A stretch of DNA of 63,026 nucleotides, counting the filler, from Diploschistes diacapsis (Eukaryota), in assembly GCA_023645945.1 (NCBI GenBank). It is 7 parts of 7 records of this genome, joined end to end, with 100 filler letters (N's around TTAATTAATTAA, not from the genome) between each part and the next. Parts side by side here need not be neighbours in the genome. Positions count along the whole stretch, not along the records: positions 1 to 8,941 come from JALAIB010001095.1; positions 9,042 to 17,977 come from JALAIB010001096.1; 5 more parts are not named here. The stretch is one strand, 5' to 3'. Of the stretch, positions 1-15,030 are shown piece after piece. The first letter of the stretch is position 1, and every line of letters begins with the position of its first letter. A program made the position numbers and the translations under genes. The notes beneath the pieces are model-generated. The model made no database searches and was not told where the DNA came from. It saw nothing but the letters and a program-made list of their open reading frames with translations.

Positions 1-351
1 GACAGAGATTAGATGGTGAGTGATGTGTACCTACTGGGTGGTGCGGCGGTGGGTAGCGGGGGGCGACCTTGCGGAGTATGTTGCGAGTGGATGGAGGGGG
101 GTTTTTTGATTAGGAGGTTGTATCCTACATCGTATATAGCCGGTATCCCAAGGCAGCAAACGGAGGACGTTCCATTATTCTCGGAAAATGGAACGATGGA
201 TGGCGTCATTGCATCTTCACGCAGGCCCCCGAACAATAGCCACCAGCCACCAAGCCCGCTCCCTCCGTTTCCCCCTTCCTCTCCATCTGCTCCCTCCTCT
301 CCTCTTCCCTTCCCTTCCGATATCTCCCTCTCCTGCAAACTCCCCACTCCC

Positions 352-1508
<1,157 letters not shown>

Positions 1509-3184
1509 TTTGATTATCTGTCTGTGAACTTTGTGACAGTTGGTCGAAGAATCGGGAAGTTGAGGGTTCGGGAGAAAAAAGAGAATCGAGTGTTATAATG
1601 GGGGGATATGGATAAAGATAACGTATCACAGGAGGTTCATATATGCGAATTGAATTTGAGTACACTGCACCTACCTTATTTTACTTTAGATTATGCACGC
1701 CAGAGGAGCACAGAGGGGCATTCATTTTCTCTTGCAAAACGGTCACTTGCTCTCAACAAATACCCTGTCTTTGTTTTCAATCTGGATGAGCCATTTTCAA
1801 CCGGGCTCATAGCAGAAATAGAATCGGATTTAGGCGGAAAAGGTCAGTCCAATCAGGGTCATAGCGAAGCAAAGCGAGAGAAATCCTGCGTCATAGTTTA
1901 CCAGTACAGGCTTTAGTCTTTGCTTGAGCATGATGAATGTCGGCATAGAAGGAAGATCGAAGAGAATGCATTGCAATCCTGGATTGAACTCATGACTTAA
2001 TATATTGATCAGCTTCCATATGCTTTGGAAGGCGTGCTGCGCTGGCACCGGTAAGTTCTGTATTTGAGGAAGCTTCCCCAAAACTTGCTTCTCCAAGTTA
2101 GCAACGTGCATTCTGGGATCTTCATTTTGTGTCCTGAACCGAAGCTTCGACGAAAACGGCCTGGGCAAGCTACGAGCCTCCCGTAAGCAACCTGTCCTGA
2201 AGAAACAAGGGTCCTTTGACGCAACCTATAGCACGTAAAGGGGGGGAGTGACCCGTGTTTGAGCAGATAGCATGCGAATCTGTCCGACTAGGCCTAGCAC
2301 GATCTAATAAGCGCAATTAGAAGGCATTGAGAGAACGGGTTCACGAAACAAGTGCAGATCGATTATCTTGCCTATTCTGACCGAGAAATCTTGCAGTCCT
2401 ATTGCACAGTCTGACGATAAGGGAGAGTTTTGAACCTCGGTAGCTACATGGCAAGTGAGGCATGTAATACTCGGAAGGAGCTCTTAAAACAGTGTGAAGA
2501 GCGTAGGTATTGTCGTAGCATGATAGGATAGAAGTTACATTGGGAGACTCCCCGGCGATAAATCGACCTTCGAGCCAAGATCACGTGAAAATCACATGAC
2601 TAGCAGCGTCGGGAAGCTGAGCGGTACAACGTATCGCCGACGGGCCGTTTACCGTTAAGGAAGTTGTTACTGTTTATTATTAGACTAAACTTTTCCTACC
2701 TACCTACCTACTACTACCTACCTACTACCGACCTACCTCCCTATCGCTTATCGTACACTAATATAAATAAAAAGTGACTTGAGCGTGGGATGACTGTCTT
2801 TATTATTGGCTGGGCTGCAGTCTCAATGCAAATGTTCCATTCCGGACTTGCTACATATTATATCGGCCGAGGGGCGTCGCTTGCCCCGGGATATGGAGCT
2901 GTCATGACTTCCTCGGGTTATTTTCCTCCGTATCAGTGGCCGAAGGCCCGCAGTGCCCCTAGCCGTGGCATTTGTAACGTTGCTCAGGCTTCATTTCTCT
3001 TCTTGAGCATCGATTGACTTGTTCTTTGCTTTTCCCTTCCTTTGCAGAGGAAGCGTCTCGCTCGAGTAGAGATAAGTGTCACTGCCTCAAAGATGCGCTA
3101 ATCGATTGCGCTCTATCGACTGCAGAGATAGATAGGTCGTGTGCATAGAGAGCGCAGCCCAGTGGTAGCCTTGCGCATGTCAGG

Positions 3185-6100
3185 ATGCTTTTCTTTCGAC
3201 AAATCTGGGCGTTAGTATGGAAGAATATCCTCATCGTGCTCGTGAGACATCCCATAAGCACGCCTCTACGAGCCCTAATTCTTCCCATCATTTTTGGCTG
3301 GTTCTTAGGGTAAGTTCCACGCCATTGGGCCCAGCATTCCAAAGCTAACGTGCAACAGGTATGCGAAAAACTTCTTCATAGCGCCTAGTGTATACGGCAT
3401 CGGCCATGCTGAACCAGTAAACTCTCTGCAAGACGTTTTCTCGCTCAACGAGGGCCGCAACATTGTCGCGTTCGTCAACAGCGGGCATTCTGGTGGAGAT
3501 ATCGATCGAGTAATAAACCAGATAGCGGGCGTTGCCAAGACATCGGGCAAAGACGTTCGAACTTTGGAACAGGAGGACGATCTTCTGATCACCTGTCGCA
3601 GCACGCTTCAGGGCACAACAAACTGTTTCGCCGCACTGGTCTTTTACTCGTCGCCAAATGAAGGCGCGGGCGGTATTTGGAATTACACCCTGAGGGTAGA
3701 TGGCTCGCTCAACTCAAAGTTTGATGTGAGGTACAACAGCAACGACCAGGAGATATTCATCCTGCCCCTACAGCATGCCGTGGACTATGCCATCGCCGGA
3801 CTCAATCATACGGTAGACTCATCGGCCCTTCCCAAGGTCGATGAGTATCCATATACTGACATCACGCAAGACGAAAGGAATACGTTAATCCGGGAGAGGT
3901 ATATGCAGTCCCTGATTAGCATTCTTGGTGTGGCCTTCTTCATTGGAATATGCGGCATTCTGTACCAGCAGGTGGGCCTGCAAGCGTCGGAGAGAGAGCT
4001 TGGTATGTCGCAACTGCTGGAGAGCATGATGCCGAACAAACGGTCCTGGGAGCCTCAAGCCGTCCGACTTATCTCTTATCACCTGGCGTTTACTCTCATG
4101 TATCTTCCCGGCTGGGTCATCATGGCCATCATCCTCCAAGCCGAGGTGTTTGCTCAGACCAGTGTGGGCGTGCTTATTGTGCTTCACCTCCTTGCCGGCC
4201 TTTCGCTAGCGTCTTTCGCTCTCTTCGTTGGCGCTTTCTTTAAACGAGCTCAACTCTCGGGCATTACGGCAATTATTGTCTCGCTGGTCCTTGCCATCCT
4301 TGCGCAGGTTTATGATACTGCAGGGAACGGGGCTGTCATTGTAACTAGTCTCCTCTTCCCGTCGATGAATTATACATATTTCATCATCTTCATGGCCAGA
4401 TGGCAGGCTCAGGATCTAGCCACGGACCTGGTCAAAGCGGCCCCAAACAACCCATGGACCGTCTCTGGGCTTGCTCTTTGGATTCTCTTGATAGTGCAGA
4501 TCTTGGTGTACCCTGTGCTGGCTGCCATAGTCGAACGAGCCCTCTGGGGCACTTCCGGAGGTCGTAGAGCGCTTCCAAGGGATTCAAATTCTGCCCTTGA
4601 GCTGAATGGTTTCTGCAAGTACTATTACCCGAACTGGATGGCCTCGAGGGTGTTGCCAAGATTCGGCAAAGCAAAGAAAGAAACCGTCTTTGCTGCGGAC
4701 GATATCAACCTGTCCATCTTGCCTGGTCAACTGACGGTATTGCTAGGGGCTAACGGGTGCGGCAAGTCGACCACCCTTGATGCAATAGCGGGTCTCTCCA
4801 AACCTACAAGAGGCACTATCGGGGTCGACGCCACACATGGCATTGGTCTATGTCCGCAGAAGAACGTGCATTGGAGTCTACTGACGGTTCGTGAACACGT
4901 GCAAATTTTCAACAAGCTCAAGTCAGTCGACCGTCTATCCAGCATAATAGAAATCGAGAAGCTCATCCAGGACTGCGATTTGGACAGAAAGATCAGTGCC
5001 AAAGCAGGGTCGTTGTCTGGCGGTCAGCAGCGGAAGCTGCAGCTCCTGATGATGTTCATCGGCGGCAGCAAGCTATGCCTGGTGGACGAGGTCAGCTCGG
5101 GTATCGATCCTTTAGCCCGAAGGAAAATCCAGGAGATTCTCCTGGCTGAGAGAAGAAGGTCTCGTCGTACGATCATCTTCACGTCTCACTACCTAGATGA
5201 AGCCGATATTGCTGACAGGATCGTCATCATGTCGAAAGGCAAGATCCGGATCGATGGCACAGGCCCGCAGATCAAACAAAGCGGTGTCTACCGGATACAC
5301 GTTCACCACAGTATCGCTAATTCCACGACTCCGCAATATCCTGGGATAGAGCGGCATATATTCCATGACCAGACTGTATATACCGTTCCTACTGCAGCCG
5401 AGGCTACCGATCTCCTCCAACAACTGGAAGATGCCAACTGGAAAGAATACCATATTAGCGGACCCACAGTCGAAGATGCTTTTCTCAAAGTCGCTGAAGA
5501 AATGGTGCCAGCAACCGAGAAAGTCGAGAAGTTTGGCGGTGACGCGGCGGTTGGGGGTCCACCCTCGGATGGTGAAGACGCATTATCGGAGAGCTCAGAG
5601 AAGGGGTTGCAGCTGCAGACTGGTTCTCGTGTTGGTCCTTTGCGTCAAGGATTCGTTCTGTTTCGCAAAAGGTTTACGGTCTTTTCGCGTAATTTTTTGC
5701 CCAACACAGTTGCTTTTCTTATCATTCCTGTTGCTGCAGGCCTAACGTGTCTCTTCATCTACAACTTTGCCGGAGCAGGCTGCACTCCGACGGATCAAGT
5801 CTCTGCGTCGGATGTCAATTCGATAACCAGTCAGCTGCAGAACAACCTCGACATTGTGATTGGTCCTTCGAGCAAGTTGAGTATCGAAACACTAGCGCTT
5901 GTCGGTCAGTCGTTAGGCTTTGCGAGTAACGGTACGAATAATGGCAATTCTGCTGGTGGATCCAGTAGCGGAAATCTCACGGGCCTTGTACATGATTTGC
6001 ATTACGTTCAGACGCTTGACGGCTTCAACGACTACATCAACAACAACTTCCACAACGTCACGCCTGGTGGTGTCTTCTTTGGGGAGGGACTGAACAGTCT

Positions 6101-8159
6101 CGCCTATCAGCAGAACGGCATCATCGCCTACGCTTTCCTAATCCAGAACATCGCGGACATCATCACCACGGGCATCCCAATTGCGGCTCAGTACTCGGAC
6201 TTTGACATTCCATGGGAAGCGGGCCAAGGAAACACCTTGCAATTCTGTGTCTACCTTGGACTCGTTCTATGCGTCTACCCTGCTTTCTTCGCGCTGTATC
6301 CTACTTTGGAAAGGTTGAGGAACGTTCGAAATCTCCACTATTCCAATGGCGTGCGGGCTCTACCTCTGTGGCTTGCTTACACGGCCTTTGATTTTCTCTA
6401 CGTGCTAGCGGGTACTGCCATAGCTGCCATAATCTTTCGGGCTGTGACCGATGTCTGGTTTGGCTTGGGCCAATTGTGGGTAGTTTTGGTATTTTACGGA
6501 CTGACCGCAATACTCGTCTCGTATGTGGTGTCGCTCTTCGCTCGATCGCAGCTTGCTGCCTTTGCCACGGCCGCAGCGTTCCAGACCATCTCCCTTCTGC
6601 TATACATGATTGCATACTTGAGCGTCTTCACATACTCTCCTGTCAACGCGGTACAGCAAGACCTTCTTATCGTTCACTACACTATGGCTATAATCTTCCC
6701 GGCCGCAAGCATGATGAGAGCATTGTTCGTCTCTCTGAATCTGCTTTCGATCAACTGTGTTGGTCCGAGCGTCTACATTTCATCACCTTCCGCCTTTGAA
6801 GCCTACGGCGCTCCAATCACCTACCTTATCATTCAATCGCTTGTGCTCTTTGGCTTCCTCGTTTGGTGGGATCGCGGGATCCGGTCATCGATACTTCGTC
6901 GCAAGGCTTATCGTGCACCCGATCACGAGGAGAAGAATGGTATGGAGCTCGAAGTCGCGGAAGAGTTGCAACGAGTCCAGGATGCTTCAGACGATGGCCT
7001 TAGAGTCTTGCATCTAACGAAAGCCTATGGAAAGAATGTCGCAGTGCAAGATATCAGCTTTGGCATCAAGCGCGGCGAAGTATTTGCTCTCTTAGGTCCC
7101 AACGGCGCTGGCAAGAGTACTACCGTGAGTTGCATCAGAGGGGACATCCAGCCCTCGTCCGGCAGTGGAGATATCTTGATCGAAGAGGTCTCGATTCTGC
7201 GAAAGAAGGCTGCCGCACGGCAATTGCTCGGCAACTGCCCTCAATTTGACGCGATGGACCAGCTCACCGTGCTGGAACAGCTGCGCTTCTATGCTCGCGT
7301 GCGAGGCGTACCCGACGTAGAAGCAAACGTCAAAGAAGTCATTCGCGCTGTCGGTCTGACAAAGTACAGCAACCGCATGGCCAACTCGCTTTCGGGCGGC
7401 AACAAGCGCAAGGCAAGCATCGGCATCTCGCTCATGGGCAATCCGAGCGTCATGCTCCTCGACGAGCCTTCTTCGGGCCTGGACGTCGCCGCGAAGCGCA
7501 TCATCTGGAAGACGCTCGAGACCATCGTGCACGGCCGATCGATAGCGCTCATCACCCACAGCATGGAAGAAGCGGACCGTCTGTGCCAGAGAGCGGGCAT
7601 CATGGCAAAGAAGATGCTCGCAATCGGTACAAGCGACTACCTGCGCAAGAAACACGGCGACCGTTACCACGTCCACGTTCTGCTGAACAGTGCGCCTTAT
7701 ACTACGGACGAGGAGTCGGAGCGCGTCCGAAGTTGGGTCACGGAGACCTTTGAGGGTGCCGAAGTCGACGAAAAGGCCTTTCACGGGCAGATTCGCTTCT
7801 CGGTGCCTGCCCGTTCGTCCGCTCCAGCTACGGACGAGAAGGCCACGGTGTCTCCGTCCTTCTCTACGAACAGCGACTCCATCGATCCTGTCTCCGACGA
7901 GCGGGTGACGCCGCCGCCACTGAAACGAACCACTACCAGCGCCAACATCAACGCCATTGCATCGCTCTTTTCCAAGCTGGAGCGGAGTAAAGAAAATGTG
8001 GGATTTGAGTATTACAGCGTCAGCCAGACAACGCTGGACCAAGTGTTTTTGAGTATTGTAGGGAAGCACAACGTGGAGGAGGAGAACTACGTTGCTCAGG
8101 GCGTTGAAAAGGATAGTGAAGGGCCGAGGAGGAGGAGAGCGTGGTGGAGGCAGCCTTGA
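3185..8159 (+). CDS. ABCA-subfamily full-length ABC transporter (TMD-NBD)x2; exons 3185-3309 and 3359-8159
   Basis: ATG 3185 gives MLFFRQIWALVWKN, a typical ABCA start. Intron 3310-3358 (GTAAGT..GCTAAC..CAG) joins in frame. Two NBDs: GANGCGKST/LSGGQ/LVDE and GPNGAGKST/LSGGN/LLDEP/THSMEEA. C-terminal YSVSQTTLDQVFL. Confidence 0.95.
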
Positions 8160-8941
8160 GGATACGATTGTGTTTTGTGATGGGCACTGTATAGAGGGCG
8201 TTTATTTGCATTCGGGCGGCTTGGCAGGCGGCGATAGGTATTGATGCATCGCGCGGCGTTAGCGTTGGTAGCGACGCTGGCAGGACAGTGAAGAGGAGGA
8301 GGCACTGGGCGGCATTGCAGGAAGGCATTGAAAGGTATTTGATGATGTGGCGGCAGGAAGGATACTGTAGCATCTGTTCGCGGTAATACAATCTTCTTCC
8401 TTCCGTTCGCCTATGCGTATCGTGATTGGGACGAAGCTACCTACCGTACCTTGTCTGTTGCCCCGTGTATATATATTTCTGCGTACGTAAATAGTGTTCA
8501 GCTCGCAGCATCTAAACAGAACATACCTATTTGCATGTAGATACCTCTGTAACACGTACATCCCAATGACGTCTTCCTTGCCTTCCCCAGCAACCGCGAA
8601 ATCTACGTAGAGCTTGACTACTTCAGGTAAACAGTTACTTGGGTACCTAAGTCACCATGTATGTTACTAGTAAAGACTACTTAGCACAGGACATCGAGAA
8701 TTGCGATTCCGCGCCCAATTCCCAAACCCCGAATCCCAAAACTCACACATGCATATATATATACATCATCACTAGTCTAGATCTGCATCTACAGAAATAC
8801 CTGCGCTGAAAGGGAACCGGCATGGCACATCCAAACCCCAACCTCAGTTCCAGCCCTGTTCCCGGCGCGCATACCGATGATATTCAGCCCGGTGCCGAGG
8901 GCCATACCGCTTCTGCCTCTCCTCTCGCTCCTCCCCATGCC

Positions 8942-9041
8942 NNNNNNNNNNNNNNNNNNNNNNNNNNNNNNNNNNNNNNNNNNNNTTAATTAATTAANNN
9001 NNNNNNNNNNNNNNNNNNNNNNNNNNNNNNNNNNNNNNNNN
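8942..9041. other. Artificial contig-joining spacer
   Basis: N44-TTAATTAATTAA-N44, with stops in all six frames. Confidence 0.99.
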
Positions 9042-10079
9042 CCCCCGCCTCCCCCCCAATCCCTTACCAAGAACCACCAAAATATCATAACAAGCGGACC
9101 TCTCCTGGACCCAGCCGCCCTTCATCGGCTTCGCGTTCGCCAAAGACACCGGCACAGGAACCGGCGGCCTCGGCGGCGTGTATGTCGACAGGGTTCCTAT
9201 ACCCGCTCTTCTTATCTCGCTGCCCTTTCTCTCCGCTTGCCCATGTCCCATGTCCTCGTTCTCTTTTTCCTTTTGCACTCCCTTCCTCCTTTCCGGGTTG
9301 ACTTTTGTTCTCGGCCATCGGATGCCCACCCTCCTCGCTCCGTTTCGTGCTAGGATCGCTGACATCTAAATTCCCTGCTCCCTGTGAGGCCTTCTTCTTC
9401 GTCGAAGCAATGCTAGGATTAGAATCAGAGCCAGAGTTGGATCTGGAAGCCGTGTACGGCGCCGCTCTTCGCTTGGGCAAGCTTTTACCCCAGCGTTCGC
9501 TGCGCAGCGGATCTCCCGGCAACTCAGCCGGCTTTGTTTGCTGCGCCCGTCCGCCCCGTCGTGCACCATCGGGATGGAGGTTGTGTGGTAGAGGCGCGGG
9601 CATGGGCACGCTCGCTGTGTTCTCTGCCGAGAAGGGTCCGGGTGCTCTTCGCTCGTGGTAACGGTGGTCGTGGCGACGATGATGGATGGGTGCTTTGAGC
9701 TGATTCGTGGCGCAAGATGGGTCTCTGCGATGGAGGGGCGCAAGATGGGATGTTGCGGTGTTAAAGGCGAAAGAGGGCCAGTGGTGTTAATGGATGCATA
9801 GGTGGATTCTGCGGAGGGGAGGAGTCGGGGGCTGGATTTTGGGGGTTGGGCGGAAATGCTATCTTTTTCGTTGGGAAAGATGTAGGTGGGGCGGTCTGGG
9901 GAGGAGGTGGTGAAGTCGTTGACGAGTGTCAATCAGAGGTTTGGGTACCTCGGCGTGTCCTCTGATTTTCGGTGCTGTACGCGTTTGTGAACTTGTTTTT
10001 AGTATGGCTGTTGGTGCGTTTGTAGATCACAGAAGATTTAGTGCTCATGAGGGTGGTGGGCCAGAGGTAGTCGATTAGG

Positions 10080-10900
10080 GGCCGGAAGGTTGGTAGGTAG
10101 GCGCTTGTTACCGCAACGTCCAGTTCGATTGTGAACCAGTAGGCGGGTCGAACATATGTCCCTAGCATTCGAGATCAGCTAGGTGCTAGGAATTTTGTTT
10201 GATAGGGGAATGGTGCTTACAGGTAGCATCATCGACGTGCATTTGGGTCATGAATTGGAGTCTGATGAATGTGGTTAAGATTAAGCTGAGTGGAGATGTT
10301 AGCTGGTTTCTGTAGCCGACGAGGAAGGCGGCTTACAATCCACCAAACAGAAACATACCTGATACGGCGATCTTCTGGCGCAGATTCATCTGCAGCTTTC
10401 CAAATCATGTGGAGAGGCAAGGCGAAGATAGAAATGTTTCCCAAAACATTGGTGACGGAAGTCCACTGGAAGAACATGATAGCGCTAACACAATTCGAAG
10501 GGATGTCAGTATCCCAAAATCCGTTGACTGGTGAGCACGAGAATACCGATACTAATGTCACAGGAATACCCCAAGCGACGACATAGCCCATGACGATATT
10601 TGTCGCCAGTGCTAATCCGTTGCCAGCAAAGACTTTACGACAGAGTAGAAGAATCGACACTTTGACGAAAGTAAAGGCCAGGGCATAGTCAATCTTGGAC
10701 TCAAGACCTTCTAACCATCCAAGACCAATGCCAACTGCAAGAGCGATCCGATAAGCCCAAGTATCACGAACCAGTCGTGCCATTCAATTGTCCCTCGCTG
10801 TATTCTCCGTGCTGTAAACCGCGCAACGACAGCCAGAACAACCAGCACCATTCCAGGAATAGTGTTCTGCACAACCTGATGCCGCAAGTCCTCGCGCCAT
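10080..10900 (-). pseudogene. Disrupted PTH11-like (fungal rhodopsin-domain) integral membrane protein; low-complexity tail may extend to about 9366
   Basis: Fragments LAVVARFTARR..DWFVILGL, VKVSILLL, CSPVNGFWD..C, ALPLHMIWK/LQMNLRQKIAVSGMFLFGGF, IRL..DAT and WTY..WFTIELDVAVTSAYLPTFRPL lie in different frames. There is a +1 frameshift at 10397-10399, a frame break near 10740, and the ATG at 10900 is out of frame. Two introns are still recognisable. Confidence 0.8.
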
Positions 10901-12097
10901 AGTCGTGAGCCGAAGACATTCTGGACACGGATTAAAGCTCTGCGAGGGTTTATGCATCCTGTTAAGTCACATGGAAGCGTCGAAATTCCAGGAAAGACGC
11001 TGAAATGAACCGGCGCAGGGAACAATCGGTACATAGGTCATGCAACCGTCTTTCAGGGGGTTCAACATGGAGGAACACAGGCATTTCCGTACTGGGTCCC
11101 GGTCCAACGACCCATCAATGATTGTGCGGCAAGATTCGATCATCATGCGCTGATCCCCTCTTGTTCCTCCTCCAAGGCAAGGCGGGTATGCGGCTCAATG
11201 GAGCTTAAGCCCTGTCGGTTTGAGAATAAGCTTTTTATGTTTGGCAAAAAGAGGAGAGATAGGAAAAGCATTAAAGGTGGCTGAGTTGAACACCGAGCTT
11301 CCTGTATGTGTGAGAAATCCTGGGGGTGGATGCAAATCGTCAAAGGTCTTGGGTTCTGTGGCAAAAATCGCGGCACAGAGAGCGTTATTCTTCATAGCGC
11401 CACATGAGGCTCCAGTTCAATCTTAACGTAGGTTCATATGTCCTCGCTGATAAAGGTGCTGGTAGTCTACCAGGAAGGAAAAGGCTTTCTGGGGATCCTC
11501 GACAATGCGAGGTTGAGGTGAAGGATCAACAACCAAACCAGACCAGCTCATGGCACCACGCCTTCATTTTCCATATATACAACGTAGGCTGTAGACAATA
11601 ACTTCTATCTTGTACTAATTTCATACTATAACCGAGTCCATATCTTTGCATGTCGTTATCACTTTTCATTTGCAGCATGCTCAAGGCGCGGGGTGATTGA
11701 AAACACCAACAACTTCGGACGGGATCCCTCTAAAGCAACCTACACCGCAGGCCCGCTTTGCTTTGCTTGCGTACTAAGATAAAAGCTAAAGTCAACGCCT
11801 TTTGAGCCATGTGGATGCATTGATTGAACCTTCTCAACTCTGCTACTGGCCTCATATTATATTTGCACAGCATGTTGGAAGCAACCTGGCTTTGATATAT
11901 TCAACGGCCCGCGGATGGTAGATAGACATTACGGGATATATTCGCTCATGCTAGCTACAATGGTGGTTTTACAGCCTTGACGCCGATGCTGTGCAAGGTA
12001 TGAATCCAGATGCAGGTACAATAACCAATGATGCATATCATACCAACTCTTCGAAGCTGGCGCTCTGACCCCCCCTAGGAGAGGACACGGAAGGGAC

Positions 12098-13637
12098 TTA
12101 ATTCATTCTGATATAATTACCTGAGTGCAATCAGAAAAACGCATCCCAAAGCATTTTGTCGACGTCACTTACCAGGAAACTGTCCTGTCTTTCCCCGTAG
12201 CCTTCCCGTCCACCACTCGTTCTCCGTCGCGCCTTTTTGAGTTACTTCTACCGTGTCTCCTGCGCTGAAGCTAAGATCTCCCTCCGCCTGCGCTTCGTAA
12301 TCGTACAGGGCAGTAGCTGTAGGGATCGAAGGAGCTCCCGATAGCCGCGATGGCTTTGGCTTCGGTGGAGGAGGAGCCGGGCCCTTCGACTTGGCTGCAG
12401 CACCCAAGGTGCCACCAGGACTCGTGTAACCGTTCGTATGAGGCGACATACTCGGCGAAAGTGTTGGTGACGATGCGGCCTGACTGTATGGAGGAGGTGG
12501 AGCGCTCAGCCCGTCCTCTGAGTTCTTGCGCGTTGCATACTTCGATTCTGTCGCGAACTTTGATGTTCCATATTTCGACTGACCAGGAGGTCTTTTCCCC
12601 CCAGTTGTCTTGAAGCGGACAATTGACAGCTCTTCGGCCTGCGACTGTATGTCGCCTCGCTTCTTCTGAAATGCAGCCTCAACGTCCAAGGTCAAATCAA
12701 AGTAACCAATGTCTATGGATTGCATCCTCTCGTGCAGCGTGTAGAAAACGTTAAGCTGCATGTAGTAGAAAGATTGGAAGAGGGGCTGCACAAACTCCCG
12801 CTCAAGTTTGAACAGCCTAGGCAGCTCCTCTTTTAGCAGGTTGTTGAAATATTCAAAGTCTTGTGTCGCTTGTTCCACATCAGCTTCAGCCTTAAAAATG
12901 GCCTTTTCGTCCTTGAGAGTTTTTTCTTTCTTTTCTTGTAACTTCTTCAAGGTCGCCCTATGTCTATCGTAATCCAACTGTTTATGCGCCCTTTTCCCTG
13001 TTGTTTTACGCACAGCTTTGATGATCGTGAGGAGCTCATCAGCCGGCGCAATGACTCTTTGCTCGATCATTTCCAGCTCGGGCTGCAGGGTTGTTTTTAG
13101 CTCCTTCACGATCTTCTCATATTCATCACAGGCCTCGATGCCTGCTTGGTTGCCCTCATCCTTTATGGAATCCGGGTCCGACATTCGACCTGATATGGGT
13201 TTGTATAACTCGGCGATGGTACGAGAGAATTCAATCTGATGATCTAGCATGCCTGGTTCCACCCAGTGAGTCGCGTATCAACATAACGCACAGAGTTTGT
13301 ACCATTAATCGCATCAAAATATTTCTTCGACTCTTCATGTAGCTTTTTTGTTTCCTACAACTTTCTTGAGTTCTTTGCCTGCCGAAGTCACTTGAGGGAG
13401 GCATACAGTTTCTAGGTCTTGGAAACGTCGCTCGGCATCAATGTAGACAGCATCTTTCGTGCTCTCGCCCTATCAAATTATCAAAGCTGCTGCAACAGCA
13501 CCCCAGACTTGAGCCATACGATATTGAAGCGTTGTTTGAAAGTTTGGGGTGCCTAGGCGGGGTTAGTGAAAAGCTACCACTAGAGCTCTTGGTTGTCGAA
13601 CCCGAACAACGGACTTTTGAAAGCCCTTGAAACTCAT
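12098..13637 (-). CDS. RVS167: Amphiphysin-like BAR-SH3 endocytic adaptor Rvs167/Hob1 (6 exons)
   Basis: Spliced start MSFKGFQKSVVR|APQTFKQRFNI|GESTKDAVYIDAERRFQDLET|ETKKLHEESKKYFDAIN|GMLDHQIEF. BAR region YKPISGR..KQLDYDRHR..YYMQLN. SH3 ALYDYEAQAEGDLSF..WWTG..GQFP|GNYIRMN*. Confidence 0.95.
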
Positions 13638-14099
13638 TTTCGACCAGTGTTCACAGCCGCTGTGGCAAGCGGCCTGTGTCTAGCAAGAGGACAATTGCTG
13701 CGGAGATGGGTAATGAAGGTTAGTCAATGGCTTATTCGAGCATGAGTCGAACAATACCAAATCCGGAAGTGGTGGTTGCGCATGCAGCTAAGCTGGATGC
13801 TCATCGGCGAGATTGCAGGTGCAGATGCAGATGCAGATGTAGAAGTTGATGGTGCGCAAAGACAATGATGCCATTTGCCACTCGAAATGCAGAATATGTA
13901 TCAAACGGCTATAGGTATCTAGATACCAGCATGAGCGATGTGGAATTCCAGCTTGAGACTGCGCTCAACAGGGCTGAGCAGGTAACGCCATCGGCGCTGT
14001 CGGTCATACGCACGCATACAACATTCGCCTCCCGTCGATAGAGGTAGGTAGGCACCATACCATTTTGCGCCCACGTTACGGTACGATTTATTTATTGTA

Positions 14100-15030
14100 T
14101 TCGGCTCGATTCTTACCATCTTTTCATCAAAGGTTGAAAACGAGTTGTGTTTTAATTACGAATTACGATATAATGCAGTCATGCTTATCACAAGATTTTA
14201 AGACAGCTTAGCTCTTGATGTGATTGATTTACTTGGTAGTTAAAACTGCTTCGGCTTTTTCAAGAGCGAAGACTATAGCAGGGAGCACTTCTCGCGAAAA
14301 CTAAGCTAAGCTTATTTAAGCTAGAGTTATTCAGTCTGTTAAATCCAGATCATGAAATTTATGCGAGATATACACACGATTTCGTTAATACTAATTACAC
14401 GCTACCCTAAAGATGTAGTGGCATAGCTGACGTCGCTGCTGACGTCGCTGCAGCAGCATCTATGACGATGCTGCCCACTATGGCTATATAGTGCTCGCTG
14501 GCCCACCTAGCTAGCCCTCATCATAATTCAATTCAATTCAATATACTATACTAATGCTACATAATAGTGCTTCTGTTTTTACAATAATACCCACGCCTTT
14601 TAAATAAATCAAAATCGCAGCTACCATCATTTTCTGCGAATTTGTCGTACGGGCTTTTAAGCTATTAACTGGCGACTTGTAGCACGTTTTGAGACTCGGG
14701 CAGGCTTACACACCGTCAAGGTAGCTTTGTCTCTTGAGTCCTGGCGACTCTTTTCCTGAATTTCTTTTTTCGTTGATTCAGTATCCTTCTTTGGTCCCGG
14801 TGAGCCTCCTTGCAAACTGTCAGATTAACCTAAATAGGTTAGTCTGTCTGACTAATTAGCTACTAGTGGGACCCTGAGGGTTCTATTAAGTTTTAGACTA
14901 GTCTAGAATCTAATAGAACACATTGCTGGTCCTATTAACAATAGTCGAAGATCCTAGTAATAATCTTTAACTATTAGGGAGGACTGCAGATGATCTAAAT
15001 TATTAATCCAATATTTAAATTAATGATCTA
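14100..15030. repeat. AT/TpA-rich degenerate tract with hairpins; probable RIP-eroded repeat remnant
   Basis: Local AT and TpA enrichment, no credible ORF, imperfect palindromes at 14821-14846 and 14881-14918. Confidence 0.4.

Noticed and set aside
2578..2601. Paired E-box-like sites (TCACGTGA, TCACATGA) upstream of the ABCA gene
   Set aside because: Short motifs with no conservation or expression evidence available here.
7092..8069. 325-aa antisense ORF inside the ABCA gene
   Set aside because: Shadow ORF produced by high GC3 codon bias, with no motifs.
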